Notes under the pieces: model-generated
Database searches by the model: none
What the model was told of the DNA's origin: nothing
Seen by the model: the letters and a program-made list of their open reading frames with translations, nothing else
From: Selaginella moellendorffii
Lineage: Eukaryota; Plantae; Lycopodiophyta
NCBI RefSeq assembly: GCF_000143415.4
Contig: NW_003314294.1
Location: 982,416 to 1,046,415 of the forward strand
Direction of reading: 5' to 3'
Length of the DNA stretch: 64,000 nucleotides
Made by a program: the position numbers and the translations under genes
Shown here: positions 35,449-45,544 of the stretch, piece by piece
How positions within the stretch are numbered: the first letter of the stretch is position 1
Layout: every line of letters begins with the position of its first letter

Positions 35449-35994
35449 GTAGTTCAACTTGAGCAAGAGAGATTTAGACATTCCATAATCTTTTAATAAG
35501 ATCTCATGGCTGTCTTGTCTCTGTTGCAATTTAGAGTTGAGCATATTTGGTTTCCTGCTTGGCATATTCTAATTTCCCCAGAGAAAATCCTATTATAACT
35601 GCTGAGGAGTTGCTATTTGCAAATGAGGGATTGGGCTGCTAGAACTTAACAAGGTTTAGCTGTTTTTCTATCAAAAGCTCTCACTTGAATAGTTTGATTG
35701 GTATCCTTTAGAGAGATCTGGTCTTCAATTCTTGTGCACACAAGCTATTAGACACAGTTTCTAAGAAAGTTAGGACATAGAACTTGGGATTCGCTTGAAT
35801 AGGAAAAAAAACCAACATAAAAAAATCATAATACTGGTCTCATGGTTGCAGTGAGGATGCTCCAATACCAAACATATAAAATTTAAGCAGTGACACCTAG
35901 AAATCAAATGATGATGCCTACTAGCACAATTGGTGGCAATTATTAAAGTCCTTTAAGCAAACCAAAACACATTTTAGCTAAACTAGGTTATCCA

Positions 35995-36837
35995 TTAGAG
36001 CTTGGAAAATGCGGGCTTTCGTTTCTCCTTTCGAGCTCGAATGGCCTCAGCAACGTCCTGGAAAGACATCGATGCCGAGTTTCGCGCGGCAACGTAGTCC
36101 AGTCCCTGTGCCACGCTCATGTCACGCCCCTTGACAAGAACAGCCTTGGTGCCGCGCACAGCGAGCTCGGATTTCCCAGCAATCGCTCCTGCCAGCGATT
36201 CCACCGCGGCCTCCATTTCCTGCCGGGAATCAAACACCCGGCTCACCAGTCCCAGCTCCTTGGCCTCCTTGCCATCGAAGTTCCGCGCCGTGAGCGCCAG
36301 TTCCATCGTGTTTGCGTAGCCCACGATCGCTGGAAGGCGCTGCAAGCTCCCCAGATCGGCAGTGATTCCTAGATCCACCTCCTTGACGGAGAAGAGCGAA
36401 TCCCTGGTGCAGTACCTCACGTCGCAGGCCGTGATGAGGTCGATCCCACCGCCAATGCACGCACCGTGGATCATCGCGATGACTGGCTTGCGGCAAACCT
36501 CTGGGGCCGAGAGGGAGTCTTGCAACCACCTTATGTATGCGCCGAATCTCTCGCGGCCGCGAGCGCCATCGCCATCGCCATCGCCACTGCTGGAGGAAGG
36601 GGAAGAAGACGATTTGGTGCTGAGGATGTTGGTGTCGATCCCCGAGCAGAAATTGGGGCCACTCCCTGACAGCAGTACCACGCGCACCTGCGGATCATCG
36701 TCCAGAGCTCGCAGCGCGATCGGGAGCTCGCGGAAGAGGGCGTCGTCCAGGGCATTGCCCTTGTGTGGCCGGTTGAGGAGGAGACGCGCAACGCCATGCT
36801 CGTCCACGCCCTCATTGCGTACCACCGCCATAGCCAT
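35995..36837 (-). CDS. DCI1: Peroxisomal delta3,5-delta2,4-dienoyl-CoA isomerase (crotonase fold), intronless
   Basis: FCSGID, KPVIAMIHGACIGGGIDLITACDVRYC, EVDLGITADLGSLQRLP, and C-terminal PTS1 SKL. Confidence 0.92.
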   Translation of the reverse strand: MAMAVVRNEGVDEHGVARLLLNRPHKGNALDDALFRELPIALRALDDDPQVRVVLLSGSGPNFCSGIDTNILSTKSSSSPSSSSGDGDGDGARGRERFGAYIRWLQDSLSAPEVCRKPVIAMIHGACIGGGIDLITACDVRYCTRDSLFSVKEVDLGITADLGSLQRLPAIVGYANTMELALTARNFDGKEAKELGLVSRVFDSRQEMEAAVESLAGAIAGKSELAVRGTKAVLVKGRDMSVAQGLDYVAARNSASMSFQDVAEAIRARKEKRKPAFSKL

Positions 36838-37048
36838 CAAGAACCCTAATTTCTTAAAATGGTGGACTTACACAGAAGCAAACCAGCTTGTACGAGAGAT
36901 AACATAGCTGTTAAAAGAAAGTGTTAAAAAAGTTTACAAAATTGTAAAAAAACTATACCAGAAGTAAATTTTCCGGGTAAAATTCGGCCGAGATAATCCT
37001 TAACCTGGTTTTAAAACACGTAACATATATATTACAATAAGAAAACTA

Positions 37049-37252
37049 GGATTCAATCTACACCGTCTGATAGACAACGGCTTAGATTTGGAGTTCTAGA
37101 TGAGCTCTCTCCACCCAACGTCGAGGCCTATCAGCGAGCTCGGCTTTCTGATGCCACCAATGCAGTCACGAGGAACTTGGCAATGCTGATGGTCGCCTTT
37201 GTTGCTGCTGAGTTCAGCCATTTTCTGGTCATGAACTTGCAACTTCAGACGT
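37049..37252 (-). pseudogene. deleted partial duplicate of the last exon/3' UTR of the DUF4057 gene (~41677-41964)
   Basis: Shared blocks tagacaacggcttagattt, ggctttctgatgccaccaa and gctgagttcagccattttctggtc, with internal deletions. Confidence 0.85.
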
Positions 37253-37380
37253 TGGCTTCAGAGAATGGTTCATTAAGACTCGCTGTCCTTCCTCATGAAA
37301 AACTCTTCAAATCCTTCCCAAAAAAGAAGATCAAGGACATAGGGCAGAACTATGAGTGGCCCGAAGACAAACAAAGTGCT

Positions 37381-40171
37381 TCACCCCCTTTTCAGTTTCT
37401 TCAAACCTTTCTTCACCTCTTCCACAGCATCCAGCAATTCCGTGTTGACAATCCCCCGAAGTTTCCGACCAGCCCAAACAGCCGACAGAGGTGAAACCTG
37501 AAGGACAAAATAAACATGTTAAAAATCAAATGAAATATGCCTTACCAGGGGGATTTCTTTGTGCCCCTTTCTCGCTCGCCCACTCCACCACACATCTCCG
37601 AAGGCCACCTTTCCTACCCTTGGATGTGGGTTTGGTGAAACAACCAGCCTAAGGTAGCCAGTCCAGCACCACTGTTTTAGTTTTCGAGAGGCTCCTCCTG
37701 AATGCAGCATCTTGTCAATCTTCATGATGTCGAGTGAGGAAAAAGCTTGTGTCACACCCAGCCCAGATCCGGTCCTGAACTGTAGAAACACAGGCATCAT
37801 CTTGTGCGACTCTTTGCTTCTGAGAAGAAACATCCCATCTGGTCCAGCTTCTTGGAATGGTCCAAGCCATGCATAAGTAGCAAACGATGCACCAGCCTCA
37901 ACAGCTTCAACCCACAGGTTCAACTGTTCTTCAGTCTGAATCTCCTGAACCAGCACCCCCGAGTGCCCTCGTGGCTTTACAACTTCATACTCCTCCTTGT
38001 AGACCACATCTGTTTCCTGCAAACCCAAAACCTCAGCTGGTAGCTTGTTGTCAAATGCCTCCCCCACGATGCATGCAAACCGCTCAAAGGTAATGCCACG
38101 GACTGATGCGTTTGCAGCTGTGCTGATGACTCGCTCCATTACTGTACCAGCAGGCATATGTTCCCAGAGTGCTTCTGCAATCATCGGCTCTTGAAGGATC
38201 ACGTATTGCACGTTAACCCGACCTGAAGAACCAGGTCCGGCTTCATCACCCCTCACCCCTCTTATGTGTGGAATGATCGGTGCAAAAGGTCCGGCACTGG
38301 CGTCACTCTCAAGCAGCGTTGCAAAGCCACAATCCACTAAGGTCATGACACTCCTCTTCCGCTGCACAATAACATGACCAAAACCTGGAAAAGACAAGCA
38401 TGAGGAATATATCTGTAAAGAATCAGTGACACATACCTGTAAGATAATACGTGAACAGAATGTCCTCAATCATTTGTGCCGCCTCTGGATCGTCCCACAC
38501 CCGCTCCACTTCATCCCTTAAAGACCGAAGAAGTCCAAGCTCCACCCCAGTCTTGTTAATCAACTCCAAGAAGAAAACTTGGAACCAATCCTCTGGTGGT
38601 TTGTCCTGCACAACGTACTTCTCAATCGCCGTGCTCAAAAGTCGCCTTCTTCCAGTGTACATGGAAGTAATCGCGGGCATGTCCAGCCTGCTGATATCTA
38701 TAAACCGTTGGAGAAAGGCTGGAATGTTGGTGTCGTCAAAGCCAGGTAAACTATATATTTCTCTTACATCGAAAGGCTTCACTGTCCCTCCCAGAAGTCT
38801 TTCCCGAACCTTAAGCATATTCGTGCCGGTGCCCGCAACAAACAAGCAGCTCTTCAAGAAACCGTACGACTTCAGAGCCAGTAACATGGGGCTCAACAAC
38901 GGCTGCCCTTTCGTAGGACTGAGTTCAGACTTGAATCGACCTTTCATACAACGAAGCAGCATTTGAGCCTCATCAAGGACAACCACCCCCTCCTTCCAAC
39001 CAATGTCATCTGCAAGATTCCTTATAACCTCCTCCAGCTGATCCATAGGCAGTTGCTGATCCACTGGAACACAATCGATCAAGGCTTCAACCGCAGCACG
39101 GAAGACATCATCAACTGCCGGGTACTCCAACTGGAAAAAAGCCCAATCACGAGGATGAAGCCCAGGTTTCAGCGCTTTCAGCAACTTCAAATATTTCAGC
39201 CGGACAAGAATCAAAATCCCAACACCAAACCGCACCACTGCATGATTCGGATCAAGATCGTGTTCACCTGCGGGGAACCGAGTCTCCATCCATCTGGCAA
39301 CCCTGTCTACATCATTCGATCCTCCTCCAAATCCAACCATCGGACGCTTACCCGTGAGAAACAAGGTGAATCTACTGCAGGCAAGTTCGATCAACATTCT
39401 CGTTTTTCCTGAACCGCTGGGAGCCAAGAGCACAGTGGTGTGGCGTTCTGACAACCTCTGCGCAAACCGATTGTCGAGCTCCACAAGTCCATCTCCTACA
39501 CCTTCCCATAAAAGGCATGGCAGGTTACTAAGCGCACACATGAGTGTCCGGGCCGAGGGAAATTTCGCCTTACAAACCGACTCGTAAGGAGCCAACCGAG
39601 ATATGAACTGCGATTTCGTGGAGATGGAAGTATCACACACCTGTAATATGGACACTCCTGTTATGGTTGTTTTTGTTTCTGTTTCACACAAGAAAAGGAG
39701 TGAGCAACATAGCCAACATGGTGTGACCACACTGGCCCAATCGACTGCAATAAGGTTCATTTAATCAATTACAAAAGATCGCAGAATACCAACAATCCAA
39801 CAGCACGAGAGCCCAACAAGCAAACGGCCACGAACAAAAGCCTGACGCCATCATCAAACACACGACACCATAGGCTGAAACAACCCAGAGCACAGAACAG
39901 CAAAACGCCCCAAATCGAGGGGGATAGCTAAATACACAAAGAATGACTTACCATTACTTCTGAGGAGGATGAGTTTTTGCTCCCGCAGCTGTTCTTCCTC
40001 CTTCCGCAGCAGTTCTTTCTTCTTCCGCAGCCGCTCTTTTTCATTCCGCCAATATTCCGCCAGAGATTGATTGCCACTCTGAAGGGCAGAGAGAAAAGAT
40101 TCCCCAGCCGCTTGGATCTGCGGCTCAAGAAGCCCGATTTGAGCCGCCACCTTAGCCAATTCCTCGTCCAT
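37381..40171 (-). CDS. Crinkler-related (CR) type protein: coiled-coil header + P-loop NTPase + C-terminal restriction-endonuclease-like domain, multi-exon
   Basis: Header EKERLRKKKELLRKEEEQLREQK, Walker A APSGSGKT, Walker B VVVLDEAQ, GTG, TGRRR, QEP, G.TFE...GPD...VFLQFR. Short GT-AG introns link ORFs 38423..39760 and 37519..38469 and a last exon ending KKLKRG* at 37381. Confidence 0.7.
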
Positions 40172-40397
40172 TTTGCTAGCTGAAACCCTATCTTGAAACC
40201 CTCTTGTATGGAGAATCGTAAGGGACGGTTTAGGGTTTAGGGTTATATTAAACTATAATTAATTATAATAAGTCCTTGATTATAAACAAGAGAAGCAACT
40301 CTTTAGCCGACATGGATCAAAGAGAAAATGAGGGGCATAGGAACAGAACACAACAGTCATAGCCATACAAACAAACGCGAAGCAAGAGAAGCCATAC

Positions 40398-40590
40398 CTG
40401 GCACTTTGAGGTGCAGCTCAAGCTTCTTAGCAGCAAAGACAGGCACCCTTAGCTGGATCACGTCGTCGTATGTGAGATCTTTCAACTCCCCCACAAACTC
40501 GTAGCCCTCTGATTCCAGACTTTGCACAGCTCGATCAATCACGGCCGGTTTCCCGACTATTTGAAATGACCTCACCGTAGCAGTAATACT
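40398..40590 (-). CDS. orphan exon encoding a SAM-like helical module, possible upstream header of the CR gene
   Basis: AVQSLESEGYEFVGELKDLTYDDVIQLRVPVFAAKKL resembles a SAM domain. It ends at a phase-1 donor G|gtatg. No ATG was found. Confidence 0.4.
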
Positions 40591-40680
40591 TTCAATGGAT
40601 TAGAAAACCTTTTATGATCTTTAAAGCATCAAATGCAGTAGCATGAACAAAACAAGATCTGCATCCAGCTTGTTAGCTTG

Positions 40681-41417
40681 TCAGCCACCCCCACCAGAGC
40701 CATAACTCTTTCCCAGGAAGATCATTTGCAATTGGTCATAGCCAGACAACACTCCAGCTCCAGCCACGGCTCTCACCTGCACCCTTAAACAAGGACTTGA
40801 CTCCTTCCTTGGCCATAATTTCCCTCAGTGCGTGCATTGAGCTCTTGTACTTGGCACCCTCGCCAAACCTTCATCATCATACGCCGCCTCACCGTGTCAA
40901 TCGGGTACCAGGCAAGGCCAGCAGCAATGGTGATGCTCCAGCCCAAGAAGAAACTCGCAGCAAAGTTGCCCTGTTGCACAAAGAAGAAAGTACGATTGAT
41001 TGCTGGAGCTAGCTAAAAGGTCACCTTGAGGTCTCCAATCAACAGCACCGGCTTGAGAAAGTCGTACATTCCAAAATAGAGGCCCCGGTACACAACAATA
41101 CCCACGCACGAAATGTTGAAGCCGCGGTAAAGGCCGGCAATGCCATCGCTGGCCAGGGTCTTCTTGTACACGTCCAGGAGCCCATTGAACTGGCGGCCAC
41201 CGCCACCGCCACCGCCACCACCCTTCTTTGCAGCCTTGGCGTCGTTGGCCAGGCGGGTCCGGGCGTAATCCAGCGAGTAGACAAAGAAGAGCGAGGAGGC
41301 ACCGGCAAGGCCTCCCGACGCCAGGTTTCCAGCAAACCACACCCAGTAGCCGTCCCGGTCGGCCTTAAAGTTGAAGAGCCTCTTGAAGTGGTCCTTGAAG
41401 GCGAAGTTTAGCGCCTG
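40681..41417 (-). pseudogene. AAC: mitochondrial ADP/ATP carrier pseudogene (5'-truncated, two frameshifts)
   Basis: QALNFAFKD...[13 protein letters not shown]...[12 protein letters not shown]. There is a frameshift after RRRMMM, a deletion of the ANIL codons before AVAGAGVL, and the N-terminal third is missing. Confidence 0.88.
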
Positions 41418-41732
41418 CATGTACACCAGACAATGAGCAAATTGATAGGGAACCAAGATATCAGGAAAGAGAATTGAAAAACATGTATCACATAAAATAT
41501 ATAATCACGTATGCAGGATCACGAAGAATATCTATGTTGCCACCTTGATAAACATAATAGAAATTATAACAAACATCCCTGTAAGAAACATGTGTTAAAA
41601 GTAAACGTGAGTAAAAGAGGCAACGTTTAAAATTCTTATTCTCGAGAAATCCTAATTTAGAAGTAAAATAAAAATATGATTCGATCTATACCGTCCCTTT
41701 ACACGCATAGACAACGGCTTAGATTTAGAGTT

Positions 41733-43022
41733 CTAGACGAGAGCAATGCTGCTCTCTCCACCCGGTGGCTTTCTGATGCCACCAACGCAGTCGCGAGGAG
41801 CGGGCTTGTCGTCGGCAAAGATGTCACTTCCACTCATCTCTCGGAGCTTGGCAACGCTGACGGGCTTCTCGGCGGACGCGGGAGGGTCGCCTTTGAAGAT
41901 GTTGTTGCCGCTGAGTTCAGCCATTTTCTGGTCGTGAACTTTCCTAGCCGCAACTTCGGACGTCTCCGAGCCAAACAGGATCTGGCTTCGCCCACCAGCG
42001 GGCTGAGAAACAACAAACTTTCAATCGAGAAAAAGATCGAGCAAACTCACTCACATTCGAGACTTTGACAGACGTGCGCACGTTTCGAGGGGCCGCCTCC
42101 GCCGGCTTCACTTCCTTGGGCTCTTCCCTTGCTTCCAAATTCCTGTTGAGCGACCTCGGGGGTAGCACGGGCGGAGGGCCGAAGATGTTGCTGCCAACAA
42201 GCTCTTTTGCTTTGAAACTGGAGCGCGAGCGCCCCTGCTGGATGTCTGCATACGTCTCGGACGTGCCACTCAGCTCTTTCTGCTTGGCAACTTCGTGAAT
42301 CGCCGTTAGTTTCTTCGGAGAGGCGCACTCCTCCACAGCAAAGTTGATTTGGCTTACACCGCCAGCCGGCTGCAAAAGTGGGCGAAAGCTAGAAAGAACA
42401 AAAAAAGCACTATAAAAGTTTCACCTGGTGCATACGAACGCCCGTTCGCTCTGGAACACCGTTGGCAGAGTCGGTCCCATCAGTCAGAATCCCACTCCCA
42501 AACATTTCTCTCCTCTTGGTGTCAGAACCAGGTCGCCTTCTCGAGACAAAACTTTTTAGCTATGAGGATTCTTGCTTTCCAGTTCTCTTCGCTGTAAAGA
42601 AGAGAGAAGGACAAAGAAGAAAAGGCCATACATACCTCTTGAGGAGTGCCTCGGCCTCTTCAGCAGTTATCTGGTCTCCAAACTTTAGTGTGCTCACTCC
42701 TCCAGCAGGCTGGAATCTCAGGAAAGACAAAAGAACATGAGAAGAGCTTCACTCCATTCACTATTCCATTGTAAAAACATCTATCTATCTCACGAAATAA
42801 ATGGAAGCCAAGCGAGAAAAACTCTACCTGATGCATGCGAATCGTTGGACGCCCCACTGGACTCCCATTCTCGGTAGCGGCATTTCTCTCGTAATACGAT
42901 GGCGATCTTGGAGCGGCAGCTTGATCCTGGGACAAATCCGGGCCCTCGGACCAGCTGAAGAGATCGAAAGTGGTAGCGCCTCCTGGCGGCATTTGCCCTC
43001 TCTTGACGGGACTGTTCTCCAT
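41733..43022 (-). CDS. DUF4057 family protein, multi-exon
   Basis: DLFSWSE, QPAGGVSQINF, EVAKQKELSGT, AKLREMSGSDIFAD, RKPPGGESSIALV*. Confidence 0.88.
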
Positions 43023-43395
43023 CGCCACTCCTCTGGCAAGAGAAGAGAGCAAGAAACGAGAGCTGAGAGAAGGCCTACATTCTTTGAAACAACGCGCATT
43101 ACCTTGCTCAGATCCAGCAAGAACCAGGAACTCCAATGCCAGATCCCGCGGAAGTCGCTGTTATTCTTGGGTGGCCGGCGCCATCGATTGAGCGAGCGTC
43201 GTGGTGCCCTGGCGCAACCCTCGGAAGAATGTGAAGAGGAAGAATTTATTATTTTTCGAAACCCTCCTAGGAATATCCTACGTCATCAACAGAATATCCA
43301 TGAACAGTGGGAGAATCAAAGCTAGCGGAGTATACTGGTCAACAGAATATGGCTACTTATAGACAGAATATTCTTAAAGTTGATTGATTTTATGC

Positions 43396-44733
43396 CTAGC
43401 TGGGGAGAAGCACGCCGCCATGGATCCACGCCACGGCTGAGAAACTAATGAGACCAGCCAAGAGCGTCGCGAGAATGCTTAAGCAAGCGTACGCATAGCC
43501 ACACCTCTTCCATCCCACTGCGCGACGCTCCAGCCAGTAAATCTCCGCTGCGAGCGTGGACACCGTGCTCATGCACCCCAGCATTCCAAATTGGATCCCT
43601 CCAGACACTAGCAGCAGCTGGTGATTCGATACCTGTGAGAGACAGATCCACGAGAGCTCTCAGCTAGAAACTCGAAACCATCGAGAAACTCTGGAAGAAC
43701 TTACCACCCCGAGGAGCTCCAGGATGTTGAGGACGAACTCGGCCAAGGAGGCAGTGACGTTGGCACACAGAGTCCCCGTTGGAAGCCAGGGGAGCCTTCC
43801 AGCGACGCCCCGGCCATTGAGATTGGAGAGCCACCAGCGGAGCCACACTCCCAGAGGAGCGAGCGTACAAGCTATCCATAGCTTCTTCCTCCTGTAGCCG
43901 TTCTCTCGAAACAGCAGGAAGAAAGCCATCGTCCAGAGGCCAATGCCGAGGAACACAAAGAGGAGGAGCTGCGTGGTGTGCCTCCAGTAGAGATTCTTCG
44001 GCTTCTTCGACTTTGAGGTTTCGGTGGTGGCATCATCCAGTTTGCATGCCAGGAGCAAGTTTGCGGAATCAATGCCAATGAGCAGAGACATCATAGCCAG
44101 CTCCATTCCTAGAAATTCTTTGGAGTTAGCTGAAGAACTCGACCGACTTACCCAGGAGAAAGCCCAACAATCCTCTCACCCAGCAGCCGGCAGTGATGAT
44201 CCTCATCATGCTTTGCGACCACGACGCAAACGTGGTGATGCTTCCCATCAAACCGGTAGAAAGTCCCACCGCTAAGTGCTCGGAGAAGTGTGCTATCTCT
44301 TTCTTGAGCACAACTCCCACCCAGCCCATGAAGAAACATCCGAGCTAAAGAAGAAAAACAAAAGCCACTCGAAAGAGGAAAAGGAAGATCTTTGGGTACC
44401 ATATTGGCTGGAAGATCGATGAACAAAGCACTGCTTGTATCCGTAACTTGAGCTATGGTCGGGCCAAAGAGCTGCTCCAGTCCATACCTCAAGAGCACCT
44501 AGAAGCGCCACTCGCATTCTCAAATTTTCTGGAGCAACGGAAGAAATCGCCAAAACTTACTCCAAGAATCCCAAATGTTGCTAGGTGGGCGAGCACCGAC
44601 ACCTGATCTAGCAGCACACACACCTCCCGATCCTGTCTAGACAAGCTTTAGCAACCTGCATTGCGATCCCGAGCGCAAGACGCACCTCTGCGAAGGCGTC
44701 CGCGGCCGCCATCTTCTCCACATCCTCTTCCAT
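43396..44733 (-). CDS. FEX: Fluoride export protein (two CrcB domains), multi-exon
   Basis: AHLATFGILGVLLRYGL, DLPANM|LGCFFMGW, GLSTGLMGSITTFASW, LAPLGVWLRWWLSNLNG, GTLCAN, GIQFGMLGCMSTVST. Confidence 0.9.
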
Positions 44734-45136
44734 CGCGTGGATGGACTCAAGAGCCCTAAACCAAAAATGGAATCCGATCCAATCCGATCCAGGCAGATCG
44801 AGGCGAGCGAGCGATGCGAGCGAGAGATGGCGTTGGCGTGATGTGATGGAAGTGGCCAATCACGATCAAGTGTGGCTGTAGCGTGTGCGCGACGGTGGGA
44901 AGAGAATCAACAGATCGGGCCCGGGAATTCGATCAAAAGGGGAACGTTCAAAGGAACATCCCAGTCGCGATTCCTTTTTCTTTTCCCTTTCCATGTCAAG
45001 CAAGCACCGAGCGTGCGATCCCGCGGGCCCCCATTTCAAAAACCCCTAAACCCTAGAAAACGATAAACCCTAAACCCTACCATCTCATCACGTTTATCAC
45101 ACCCCATGTTTATCTAAATCGATTAAGGCACATTAT

Positions 45137-45222
45137 ATGTCGTGAAAGATTCCATGGGCCTCTCACGGATACCCATTGTGGGCATATGCCACGATCATAA
45201 GATTCCAAGAGATTATATTCCT
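45137..45222 (-). repeat. 86-bp copy of an internal segment of the PPR gene (55328-55413)
   Basis: 82/86 identical by eye. Confidence 0.85.
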
Positions 45223-45544
45223 ATCACCCATCCCAAGTCTTTATTCTTGTCAACCGCATTTTCTGCAGATTAGCCAAACATTGCTTAGATATTTTTTATG
45301 AACCTTATCCTGTGATGAATAATTCTGCAATACTGTTGGATTATCAGACGAGACCAGAGTTTCTAGAAGATCATCAAATTGACTTGCAACAAACATTGGG
45401 AGAGCCAAATTTCAGTAAGATTTGAGGGTTTGACGCTGGACGGGCAGATGAGGACGAGAAGGATACACTTCAACTGTGGGGCAACAAAATAGAAGGTTAC
45501 AAGAGTTACACGTACCAGAGATCGCAACGCGTCCAAATAAATGC

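Noticed and set aside
40227-40244. Telomere-like TTTAGGG repeats (also 22202, 45041 and other gene starts) as interstitial telomeres
   Set aside because: Only 2-3 units, always next to gene starts, which fits ordinary telobox promoter elements.
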